From an uncultured Gammaproteobacteria bacterium (GTDB lineage Bacteria > Pseudomonadota > Gammaproteobacteria > Steroidobacterales > Steroidobacteraceae): DNA of 64,000 nucleotides. Position numbers and translations under genes: made by a program. The notes beneath the pieces are model-generated. The model had not been told where the DNA came from. It worked only from the letters and a program-made list of their open reading frames with translations, and made no database searches. The stretch spans positions 133,905-197,904 of the forward strand of contig CAWFWJ010000005.1 in assembly GCA_963819545.1 (NCBI GenBank), in the 5' to 3' direction. Positions 55,450-64,000 of this stretch are shown here, piece after piece (position 1 is the stretch's first letter; every line of letters begins with the position of its first letter).

Positions 55450-55755
55450 TGCAATAACCGCGCCCTGGATCACGTGTGTGCCCCGGCCGAACCGCGAACG
55501 GGGTCACGTTCGCCCCCTGGGCCATCCCCTAGCATCGCTGCATTACGTCGCATTCCTCGGGGTGCGGCCGCTTTGCGTTTGGGGTCAGGGTGACGACGAA
55601 AAGTACCGGCAACGTCGTGCAGTTGATGATGACCGCCGAAGCGGATTCGGCGGCCCGCACACGCCCGCCCGCGCCGCTCCCCGAGCGAAAGCAAAAGCAG
55701 CATTCACCCGGCGCTCGAACAGCAGCTGCTGGAGGCGGCCGACACCTCCGGGAAG

Positions 55756-58700
55756 ATGCAGCTTCGCAAGCTGATCGACATCGTCAGCCGCCAGTACGAC
55801 GCCTACGAGAACGACCGCACCAGCCTCGAGACCGTCATGCGCCTCGCCTCGGACGAGGCGACCGCGATGACGGAACGGCTCGAGCGCGAAAGCGTGGTCC
55901 GGCTCCAGGCGATCCTCGACCACGTCAAGGACGGCATCATCTCGGTCGATCACCTCGGCCGCATCGAAAGCATGAACCGCACGGCCGAACGCTTCTTCGG
56001 CGTGCGCCAGACCGATGTCCTGTCGGACCAGATCGACACCCTGATCCCGGACATTGCGCCGCGCGGCGACGTCGCACGTGCGCTCGAAGAGCTCGCGACC
56101 GCGCAGGAAACGACGCACTACGACCTCGCCGCGCGCGAGGTGATTGCGAAGCACCGGCGCGGCGAAATGATGCCCGCCGAGATCCTCGTCAGCATGATGA
56201 AGATCAAGCGGCGGCCGACTTACATCGTCTGCATCCGCGACACCGCCGAGCGATCGAAGGCCGAGGAGGCCCTGAAGGACAGCGAGGCACGCTACCGCGT
56301 ACTGGTCGAAAATGCGCCCGAGGCTGTCGTCGTGCTCGACGTCGAGACAAGCCGCTTCGTCGACTGCAACAACAACGCTGCCGAGTTCTTCAAGATGACG
56401 CGCGAGGAACTGCTTCGCATCGGGCCCGCCGCGGTCAGCCCACCGGAGCAGGCCGATGGCACGCCTTCATTCGGGGTCTCCCGCGGCCATGTCGAGAGGG
56501 CATTGGCCGGTGACACGCCGGTGTTCGAGTGGCTGCACCAGGACGCCCACGGCAAGGCGATACCCTGCGAGGTGCGGTTCGTTCGACTGCCGAGTTCTGC
56601 CGGCGGCCTGATCCGCGCGAGCATCATCGACATCACTGAGCGCAAGCAGGCGGAACTGATCGCGGCCGGCGAGCGCCGGGCGCTCGAGAAGATCGCCTCG
56701 AGCGAGCCGCTCGAAGTCGCGCTTTCTTCGATCACGGAGGTCGTGGAACGCGTGCTGCCGGACGCGATCTGCTGCATCCGGATGTACGACCCGATCAAGC
56801 GCGCGCTGATGCACCTGGCCGGCAAGAGCCTGCCGCGCGAGTACGTGGCGCTCATGGACAATTGCCCGGCAGAGATCCGGTTCGGGTCCTGCGCCGCCGC
56901 GATCGCGCTCCAGCGCCAGATCATCGTACCGGACATTTCCAAAGACGCGTTCTGGGAGCACCGCCGCGAGGCTGCAGCGCGCGCGGGCCTGCACGCCTGC
57001 TGGTCGACGCCGATCATGGGCGCCGACGGCCGAATGCTCGGCACCTTCGCGACCTATCTGAAGCGTACGGGCATGCCGTCGCGCCGCGATCTCGAGCTCG
57101 TCGGCCGCATGGCGCAGCTCGCGCGGATCGCGATCGAGCGCCGGCGCTCGGAGGACGCACTCCGCGAAAGCGAGAGCCGGTTCCGCGGCCTCTTCGACAA
57201 CGTGGTCGAGGGCGTCTACCAGGTGACGCTCGACGGCTATCTGCTCTCGGCCAATCCGGCCCTCATCGCGATGCTCGGTTACGCATCGCTCGAGGAACTG
57301 CGCGCCATCGGCTCGACTGAAGGGCTCTATGTCGCACCTGAAACGCGCCGTGCCCTGATCGAGAAGTTGAAGCGCGAGGGGAAGCTGGTCGAGGCCGAGT
57401 ACGAGCTGAAGCGCCGCGACGGCAGCGTCATCACGATCACCGAGAACGCCCGTCTCAACCGCGACGAACGCGGCCAGCCGACCGGCTTCGAGGGCACGGT
57501 GACCGACATCACCGAGCGCAAGCGCGCCGAACAGCAGTTCTACGACGAGAAGGAGCGCGCCGAGGTGACGCTCCAGTCGATCGCGGACGCCGTGATCACG
57601 ACCGACCGCTCCGGCACTGTCGATTACATCAACCCGATCGCCGAGAAGATGACGGGTTGGCCCTCCGACGAGGCCTGCGGCCGCAACATCACCGAGATCG
57701 TCAAGCTTGTGAAGGACGGCGGGCAGGAGCAGGTCGACGACCCCGTGAGCCTTGCGCTCGCGAGCGGTGACCCGATCCATCTTGGGGACCGCACGGCGCT
57801 GGTCAGCCGCCGCGGCCTCGAAGTGCCGATCCAGGCCACAGTTGCCCCGATCCGCGACCGCGCGGGCATGACCGCAGGCGCCGTGATCGTGTTCAGCGAC
57901 GTGAGCCGCGAACGTCGCATGAAGCGGCTGCTCTCTTATCAGGCGGCGCACGATGCGCTCACCGGGCTCATCAACCGACGCGAATTCGAAAGCCGGCTCA
58001 GCAGCGCGATCGATTCGGCCCGCGCGGACAAGAATATCCGCCACGCAATGATCTACATCGACCTTGACCAGTTCAAGGTCGTCAACGACACCTGCGGCCA
58101 CCCGGCGGGCGACCAGCTCCTGCGTCAGGTCACCGGACTTCTCCAGGCGCGCGTGCGCGCGAACGACGTGCTTGCGCGTCTAGGCGGCGACGAGTTCGGC
58201 GTGCTGCTCGAGCATTGCACGCCGGAGCAGGCGCTCCGCATCGCCGACACGCTCCGCCAGGCGATCCACGATCTCCGATTCCAGTGGGGCACGAGCACGA
58301 TGCAGATCGGCGCGAGCATCGGTATCGTCGAGATCGACCAGCACACCGAGAGCGTCGCGACGCTCCTTTCTGCGGCCGACATTGCCTGTTATTCGGCCAA
58401 GGACGGCGGCCGGAACCGCGTGCAGGTTTACGACCCCGCGAGCGCCTCCGCGCGGCATCGCGAAATGCGCTGGATGGCGCGCCTCACGAATGCGCGGGAC
58501 GAGGGCCGCCTGGACATTGTGTTCCAGCCGATTGTTCGTATCGCCGAGTCGTCCAAGACGCGGCCGCACTACGAACTGTTGTTGCGCCTGCTTGACGAAA
58601 ACGGCGCCATGGTGCTCCCCAACGAGTTCATTCCGGCCGCGGAGCGCTACAACCTGATGCCTTCGCTCGACCGCTGGGTGGTCGAGAAGGTGCTGCGAGA

Positions 58701-59229
58701 CATCGTGCCTTCGACGCGCGACGGCGTCGAGGAAGCGGCCTTCACCGTCGCAATCAATCTTTCCGGCACGACGCTTTCCGATCCCGGGTTCATGGAATTC
58801 CTGATCGACACTCTCGAAGCGCACGAGCCGACGCCAGGCGTGCTCTGTTTCGAGGTCACCGAAACCGCGGCGATCACGAATCTCGGCCACGCGAGCTATC
58901 TGATGCGGGAGATGGCGAGCCGCGGCTGCCTGATCGCGCTCGACGATTTCGGCAGCGGGCTGTCGTCCTTCAATTACCTGCGCACGCTGCCGGTGAACTA
59001 CCTCAAGATCGATGGCAACTTCGTCCAGAACGTTGCGAACGACCCGATCGACCGCAGCATGGTCGAGGCGATCGTCCAGATCGGCCGGGCGATCGGCATC
59101 GAAACCGTCGCGGAACGCGTCGAAACGCAAGCCGTGCTCGACACGCTCCGCCGCATCGGTGTCGGTTACGCGCAGGGATACCTGTGCGGACGCCCAGGGC
59201 CGATGTCGGCATTCCCGCACCGAAAGTAA
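55756..59229 (+). CDS. multi-sensor PAS/PAS/GAF/PAS/PAS diguanylate cyclase / phosphodiesterase (GGDEF-EAL)
   Basis: Intact 1157-aa ORF. ARLGGDEFGVLLE (GGDEF), RxxD-free I-site region. EAL domain YELLLRLLD, EVTETAAI, ALDDFGSG, LKIDGNFV. Coding-like sequence continues upstream to 55633, so the true start may be 55590 in another frame. Confidence 0.9.
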   Translation: MQLRKLIDIVSRQYDAYENDRTSLETVMRLASDEATAMTERLERESVVRLQAILDHVKDGIISVDHLGRIESMNRTAERFFGVRQTDVLSDQIDTLIPDIAPRGDVARALEELATAQETTHYDLAAREVIAKHRRGEMMPAEILVSMMKIKRRPTYIVCIRDTAERSKAEEALKDSEARYRVLVENAPEAVVVLDVETSRFVDCNNNAAEFFKMTREELLRIGPAAVSPPEQADGTPSFGVSRGHVERALAGDTPVFEWLHQDAHGKAIPCEVRFVRLPSSAGGLIRASIIDITERKQAELIAAGERRALEKIASSEPLEVALSSITEVVERVLPDAICCIRMYDPIKRALMHLAGKSLPREYVALMDNCPAEIRFGSCAAAIALQRQIIVPDISKDAFWEHRREAAARAGLHACWSTPIMGADGRMLGTFATYLKRTGMPSRRDLELVGRMAQLARIAIERRRSEDALRESESRFRGLFDNVVEGVYQVTLDGYLLSANPALIAMLGYASLEELRAIGSTEGLYVAPETRRALIEKLKREGKLVEAEYELKRRDGSVITITENARLNRDERGQPTGFEGTVTDITERKRAEQQFYDEKERAEVTLQSIADAVITTDRSGTVDYINPIAEKMTGWPSDEACGRNITEIVKLVKDGGQEQVDDPVSLALASGDPIHLGDRTALVSRRGLEVPIQATVAPIRDRAGMTAGAVIVFSDVSRERRMKRLLSYQAAHDALTGLINRREFESRLSSAIDSARADKNIRHAMIYIDLDQFKVVNDTCGHPAGDQLLRQVTGLLQARVRANDVLARLGGDEFGVLLEHCTPEQALRIADTLRQAIHDLRFQWGTSTMQIGASIGIVEIDQHTESVATLLSAADIACYSAKDGGRNRVQVYDPASASARHREMRWMARLTNARDEGRLDIVFQPIVRIAESSKTRPHYELLLRLLDENGAMVLPNEFIPAAERYNLMPSLDRWVVEKVLRDIVPSTRDGVEEAAFTVAINLSGTTLSDPGFMEFLIDTLEAHEPTPGVLCFEVTETAAITNLGHASYLMREMASRGCLIALDDFGSGLSSFNYLRTLPVNYLKIDGNFVQNVANDPIDRSMVEAIVQIGRAIGIETVAERVETQAVLDTLRRIGVGYAQGYLCGRPGPMSAFPHRK

Positions 59230-59237
59230 ACAGCACC

Positions 59238-59373
59238 CTCTGAAGGGGACGTTCACCTTCGATCTTGAAGGGGACGTTCACCTTCAGCGGCTGAAGGTGA
59301 ACGTCCCCTTCAAGATCCAGTCGCTGAAGGTGAACGTCCCCTTCAAGATCGAAGGTGAACGTCCCCTTCAGAG
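59238..59373. repeat. REP-like array, two forward plus three inverted units (site 3)
   Basis: Forward units at 59241-59260 and 59267-59286. Inverted units at 59292-59311, 59325-59344 and 59351-59370. Starts 9 nt after the GGDEF-EAL stop. Confidence 0.85.
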
Positions 59374-59405
59374 GGGAACGCCCCCTTTAGGGTAAAGTTG
59401 AGCGG

Positions 59406-60701
59406 ATGCGCTCCAATCGACTGACCACCTTCATCGTGATCGGCCTCATCGTCGGCATTGCGGCCGGCTACCTGAGCAACAGCGCCTATCCCGAGGACAG
59501 CGCGCGATTCGCGGAAGTCACCGCGCTGCTGCCTGCGGCATTTCTCCGCCTGATCAAGATGATCATCTCGCCGCTCGTGTTCGCGACCCTCGTCGTCGGC
59601 ATCGCGAAAATGGACGACATCCGCACCGTCGGCCGCATCGGCGGCAAGGCGCTCGGCTGGTTCATCTTCGCTTCCATCATTTCGCTGACGATTGGCCTCC
59701 TGGTCGTCGGTTTCTTCGAGCCGGGTCGGGCAATGCAGTTACCAATTCCAGCTGAGGCAGCCTCGGCAGGCATCGCGGCTGACGGCCTCTCGCTTCAGGG
59801 CCTGATCACGCACGCAATCCCGACCAGCATCCTCGATGCGATGGCGCGCAACGAAATCCTCCAGATCGTCGTGTTCGCGGTTTTTTTTGGCGTTGCGATG
59901 GCGGCGCTCGGCGAGCGCACTCGCCCGATCGTGACGCTCCTCGACGCTCTTGCGCACATCATGCTGAAAGTCACGGGCTACGTGATGATCGTCGCGCCAC
60001 TTGCGGTCTTCGGCGCGATGGCGAGCATTGTGGCCAAGGAAGGGCTCGGCATCGTTCGGGTCTACGGCATCATGGTCGCCGAGTTCTATCTCGGCATCGT
60101 GCTCCTGTGGCTCGCGCTCATCGCCCTCGGCGCGCTGGTCATCGGCCCGCGCATCGTTCAGTTGGTGAAGCGCATCCGCGAGCCGGTGCTGCTCGCGTTC
60201 TCGACCGCAAGTTCCGAGGCAGCCTACCCGAGGACGCTCGACGTGCTCGAGCGGTTCGGCGTCAGCAACCGGATCGCGAGCTTCGTGCTGCCGGTCGGGT
60301 ATTCGTTCAACCTCGACGGCTCGATGATGTACTGCTCCTTCGCCGTCATGTTCATCGCGCAGGTGTACGGGATGGACATTCCCCTGAGCCAGCAAATCAT
60401 CATGGTGGCCATCCTGATGCTGACGTCGAAAGGCATCGCGGGCGTTCCACGCGCCTCGCTCGTGGTGGTCGCGGCGACCCTCGCGCAGTTCAACATCCCG
60501 GAGGCGGGCATCTTCCTGCTCCTTGGCATCGATCATTTCCTCGACATGGGCCGTTCGGCGACGAATGTCGTCGGCAACAGCATCGCGACGGCGGTCGTCG
60601 CGAAATGGGAAAAGGAGCTCGGCCCGGAACTGACAGACGCGGAAGGGGCGGCGGACACAGCAGTCGCCCGCCAGGCCCATGCCAGTCTGCCCGGTACTTG
60701 A
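59406..60701 (+). CDS. dicarboxylate/amino acid:cation symporter (DAACS family)
   Basis: Intact 431-aa ORF. FLRLIKMIISPLVFATLVVGIA, AFSTASSEAAYPRT, MLTSKGIAGVPRASLVV, DMGRSATNVVGNSIATAVVAKWE. Confidence 0.9.
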   Translation: MRSNRLTTFIVIGLIVGIAAGYLSNSAYPEDSARFAEVTALLPAAFLRLIKMIISPLVFATLVVGIAKMDDIRTVGRIGGKALGWFIFASIISLTIGLLVVGFFEPGRAMQLPIPAEAASAGIAADGLSLQGLITHAIPTSILDAMARNEILQIVVFAVFFGVAMAALGERTRPIVTLLDALAHIMLKVTGYVMIVAPLAVFGAMASIVAKEGLGIVRVYGIMVAEFYLGIVLLWLALIALGALVIGPRIVQLVKRIREPVLLAFSTASSEAAYPRTLDVLERFGVSNRIASFVLPVGYSFNLDGSMMYCSFAVMFIAQVYGMDIPLSQQIIMVAILMLTSKGIAGVPRASLVVVAATLAQFNIPEAGIFLLLGIDHFLDMGRSATNVVGNSIATAVVAKWEKELGPELTDAEGAADTAVARQAHASLPGT

Positions 60702-61929
60702 GCTTGCGCTTGCGCTCGGTGCTGCCGTGGCACCGGCGCAGGTCGAGCACGCAGCGCATGCGATGCCGATGCCGATGTCCGGCGCCCTGGGTTCATACAC
60801 GATGACGCGCGATGCCTCAGGTACCGCCTGGCAGCCCGACAGCACGGCGCACGAGATGGGCCATGTGATGCGCGGCGACTGGATGCTGATGGGCCACACC
60901 CAGCTGAACGCGATCTACGACCGACAGCAGGGTCCGCGCGGAGACGAGCTCGGCTTCGTCGCTGGCATGGTCATGGGGTCGGCACGGCGCGATGCGCCGA
61001 ACGGCGATGCGTTGACGTTACGCGCGATGCTGAGTCCCGATCCGTTCATGGGCAAGCGCGGCTATCCGCTCTTGCTGGCGGCCGGGGAAACCGCCGACGG
61101 CACGACGACACTCGTCGATCGCCAGCATCCCCACGACCTCTTCATGGAACTCTCGGTGACCTGGACCCGCCAGTTCGAAGGAGGGGGCAGTGCATTCCTC
61201 TATGCGGCCCTGCCGGGCGAACCGGCGTTCGGGCCGCCCGCATTCATGCATCGCACATCGACGATGATGAGCCCCGAAGCGCCGATCACCCATCACTGGC
61301 TCGACTCGACGCACATCAGTTTCGGCGTGATCACCGCGGGCTGGGTCAGGGATCGCTGGAAATTTGAGGTCTCTCAATTCACGGGGCGGGAACCGGACGA
61401 GGATCGGTACGACATCGAAAGGCCGCGCCTAGACAGCACGGCCATCCGCGCGAGCTGGAATCCCGGCGGGCGCTGGTCACTGCAAGCGTCCTGGGCCGAC
61501 GTCAAGAGTCCCGAGCAACTCGAACCGGAGGTCGACGAGACCCGCGTCTCGGCGAGCGCGATCTACACCATGGCGCTCGACGACGAACGCTCCTGGTCGA
61601 CCACGCTCGCCTGGGGGCACAAGAACCCGACCGAGGGCGAATCGACGAACGCGCTGGCCTTTGAGATCGCCTACGCGCCCGCGCGCGGCTGGACGCTGTT
61701 CGGCCGCGCCGAGTGGGTCGAGACGCTCGAGCTCACGCCAGCCGAAGATATATTCGAAGTCGCCAAGATGAGCGCGGGCGCGATTCGCGAATTCCGGGTG
61801 ACAGACAGGACCAGGCTCGGACTCGGCGCGCTTTACAGCTTCAACTCGGTTGCGAGCGAACTCGAGGCGGCCTACGGCGGCAGCCCCGAGGGGGCGATGG
61901 TTTTCCTGCAATTCACGGCAGGTACCTGA
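60679..61929 (+). CDS. conserved hypothetical, probably exported/outer-membrane beta-rich protein
   Basis: Intact 416-aa ORF overlapping the symporter 3' end. Ala-rich signal-like N-terminus ending APAQV. LVDRQHPHDLFMELS. Alternating beta-strand pattern towards the C-terminus. Start uncertain. Confidence 0.5.
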   Translation: MPVCPVLELALALGAAVAPAQVEHAAHAMPMPMSGALGSYTMTRDASGTAWQPDSTAHEMGHVMRGDWMLMGHTQLNAIYDRQQGPRGDELGFVAGMVMGSARRDAPNGDALTLRAMLSPDPFMGKRGYPLLLAAGETADGTTTLVDRQHPHDLFMELSVTWTRQFEGGGSAFLYAALPGEPAFGPPAFMHRTSTMMSPEAPITHHWLDSTHISFGVITAGWVRDRWKFEVSQFTGREPDEDRYDIERPRLDSTAIRASWNPGGRWSLQASWADVKSPEQLEPEVDETRVSASAIYTMALDDERSWSTTLAWGHKNPTEGESTNALAFEIAYAPARGWTLFGRAEWVETLELTPAEDIFEVAKMSAGAIREFRVTDRTRLGLGALYSFNSVASELEAAYGGSPEGAMVFLQFTAGT

Positions 61930-61980
61930 AAAGCGGACGCGGTATGCTTCGTTGTAACCGGTCTGACGGAGCTTAAGCCG

Positions 61981-62406
61981 ATGGAACGCCTGCATCGCAT
62001 TTTTGAGCGCGGCATCCTGTATGCCGCACAGTTGCTGCTGGTCGTCGTGATCCTCCTGGCCGTCGCGCAGCTCTGGTATCTGCTGGCGATTGCGATCCGG
62101 GACCGTCTCGGGGACATCGATTCGATTCCACTGCTGACGCAAGCGGTTCAGCGTTCGTTCTCGGGCGTGCTGATGATCATTCTAGGACTCGAGCTGCTCG
62201 AAACGCTCCGGGTGTATTTCACGCATCACCGCGTGCGTCTCGAGATCATCCTCGTCGTCGCGATCATCGCGGTCGCCCGGCACATCATCAATCTCGACGT
62301 CGAACACCTCTCCGGCGCGTCGCTCGCCGGCATCGCCGCCCTCATCGCCGGTCTCACCGGTGGCTATTACCTGGTCCGGCGCGCCGGTTCCGAGCAGAAG
62401 CTGTGA
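61981..62406 (+). CDS. phosphate-starvation-inducible PsiE family membrane protein
   Basis: Intact 141-aa ORF. Four TM helices. LMIILGLELLETLRVYFTHHRVRLEIILVVAIIAVARHIINLD resembles the PsiE core. Confidence 0.7.
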   Translation: MERLHRIFERGILYAAQLLLVVVILLAVAQLWYLLAIAIRDRLGDIDSIPLLTQAVQRSFSGVLMIILGLELLETLRVYFTHHRVRLEIILVVAIIAVARHIINLDVEHLSGASLAGIAALIAGLTGGYYLVRRAGSEQKL

Positions 62407-62428
62407 AGGATCCCATGGGTGCTCTGCG

Positions 62429-63342
62429 TCAGTCGATGATCGTGTATTGCCAGGCAATGCCGTAGGTGGTGAAATCGCTGCCGATCCGGGTCGTCGCGCC
62501 CTTGTTCCAGCTGAATTTCACCGACTGGGTCTTCCCGATCGGCAACGAGAACGTCAACCCCACGCGGGAATTCGATTGCCGGACTCCCGAGTCGACGCCA
62601 TTGACGCTCGTTCTTCCGCCGTCGTAGGACGTCGCGTCTGCGGCGAGCCATAATCGCGGCCGAAAAGTGTAGCTCACGTGAGCCTGCACGCTCGTGAGCG
62701 GATCCTGCTCGCGCCGCTGGCCGCCCCGGAAATTGTCGTTGTCGCCGAAGAGCCAGACGCCCGCATACGCCTCGAACAGCCAGTGCCCGACGGGATGTGA
62801 AAGACCCAGCTCGGTCTTGATGGCCCAGCGATTGTTGCCGACATTGATGAGTTTGTCGGAGTGATATTCGCCCGTCGGCATCGAGACCGTCAGGCTCGCA
62901 CCGAGGGTCGTCTGCGGCTTGTGCCGGGCGAAGTCCGCGGGACTCAGTGCTGGACCGCCGATCAGGTTGGACGCCAATCGCAGTCTTGTATCGCCGACGC
63001 CGGAGCGCGATACCGCGCGGGCGACGTCGTCCACCGTGCCCGTGAAATCGCCCTGCACGTACGGCAGGACAATTGTCGCGTTCGCCGAGTGGCCGAAGAG
63101 CCCGAATGTCCGGCCTGCGCCAACCGCGGCGGAGTCTATTTCGGCTTCGACATCCTGAACGGGTAGGGCCGGATCGGTGAGAATGGCGCCGGTCGAGCGG
63201 CCGAGCGCGGCGAAGACAATCGTTGCGCCCGTCGGACTCGGGGCATACGAGCGCGGATCGATCTCCTGGGCCGTTGCACGATCCGGGGCGCAAATGAGGC
63301 ACAGCAGCGCGACCATGGCCAGGCGGGGTGCGCGAGATCTCA
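62429..63342 (-). CDS. outer-membrane beta-barrel transporter (MetA-pathway/phenol-degradation-like family)
   Basis: ATG 63342. Signal peptide MRSRAPRLAMVALLCLICAPDRATAQE. GVGDTRLRL, NRWAIKTELG. Aromatic-rich C-terminal strand YGIAWQYTIID. Confidence 0.65.
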
Positions 63343-63554
63343 TCGGGTCACAGCCTGCTACAGTAATCAGCCACGGTACATTGGCCCATGAGCCAATACC
63401 CCGGCCACCATCGCCCAAGCCGATCCTGCCGGCAAGTGGCGCGTCAAATTTGACGACCATCCGGACAACGACGGCGCATTGACGTTCGCCAATTTGACGC
63501 TCAGCGGTCTGCAGACCAAGATCAAGCGCGAGTAAGGACGGGATCATCCAGGTC

Positions 63555-64000
63555 TTGCGCACGGGCGGCTCTACGGGCTGGCGAATTCTGGCGTGCCTTG
63601 CGCTCGCTACCCTCGGTGGCTGCGCACGGCTGCCGGCACGTCCGGCGTTGCCCGACGTCGCGGCAATTGCGCCCGCCGACGGCGGCTCCCTGGACGGTCT
63701 CGGCGCCGGTGCCGAGGGCAGGCATCCCGGGGAATCCGCGTTCCGCCTGGTCAACGAAGGCACCGAGGCCTTCGTCGTCCGGATGCAGAGCGCCCGACTC
63801 GCGGCGCGAAGCCTCGACGTCCAGACCTACATCTGGCACACCGATCTCACCGGAATTTACCTCGCGCAGCAGCTGCTGGAATCCGCCGATCGGGGCGTGC
63901 GGGTACGGCTGCTGGTCGATGATCTCGATGCGCGTGCCAAGAACGACGGCTTCGCGGCGCTTGCGGCGCACCCGAACATCGACGTGCGCATGTTCAACCC
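63555..64000 (+). CDS. phospholipase D / cardiolipin-synthase-family lipoprotein (5' part, runs off the window)
   Basis: TTG 63555 in frame with the lipobox LATLGGC. AFRLVNEGTEAFVVRMQSARLAARSLDVQTYIWHTDLTGIYLAQQLLESADRGVRVRLLVDD. Start codon uncertain. Confidence 0.6.
   Translation, partial: MRTGGSTGWRILACLALATLGGCARLPARPALPDVAAIAPADGGSLDGLGAGAEGRHPGESAFRLVNEGTEAFVVRMQSARLAARSLDVQTYIWHTDLTGIYLAQQLLESADRGVRVRLLVDDLDARAKNDGFAALAAHPNIDVRMFN

Noticed and set aside
63419-63535. Short plus-strand reading frame ...ADPAGKWRVKFDDHPDNDGALTFANLTLSGLQTKIKRE*
   Set aside because: It looks protein-like but has no start codon in frame, is under 45 codons, and I recognised no motif. It may be a gene remnant, with too little evidence to call.

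Overview
High-G+C proteobacterial chromosome window. The GlrK/QseG/GlrR, SrkA and TypA content suggests a gammaproteobacterium-like host (inference). About 47 kb (254-47219) is one large Wzx/Wzy-type exopolysaccharide (EPS) locus. It holds nucleotide-sugar genes (rfbF, RmlC-like, ugd, UXS-like), an initiating phosphoglycosyl transferase, two flippases, a Wzy-like polymerase, and an outer-membrane barrel, Wza-like exporter and BY-kinase ATPase, with a Wzz-like partner 20 kb away on the other strand. It also holds at least nine glycosyltransferases, six sulfotransferase paralogues and several decoration genes: PIG-L and NodB deacetylases, ATP-grasp, AsnB-like, APH-like kinase, methyltransferase, an NRPS-like A-PCP-TE enzyme with an Sfp-type PPTase, and an acyl-CoA-binding protein. 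The centre of the locus (about 24-42 kb) is visibly lower in G+C than its flanks. The right part (47.2-64 kb) carries a small Cys-rich ORF, glrK-qseG-like-glrR, galE, srkA, a vapC remnant, typA, a multi-PAS/GAF GGDEF-EAL protein, a DAACS symporter, two outer-membrane proteins, a PsiE-family protein and a partial PLD-family lipoprotein. Roughly half of the genes are broken by frameshifts, plus one in-frame stop. Several breaks sit at homopolymer runs, so sequencing or assembly error is at least as likely as true pseudogenisation. Coordinates of the interrupted genes were reconstructed by eye across frames and are approximate. A 20-nt REP-like unit occurs as inverted arrays at three intergenic sites around typA and the GGDEF-EAL gene. 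I saw no rRNA, tRNA, CRISPR array, transposase or integrase, and no exosortase or PEP-CTERM signal.
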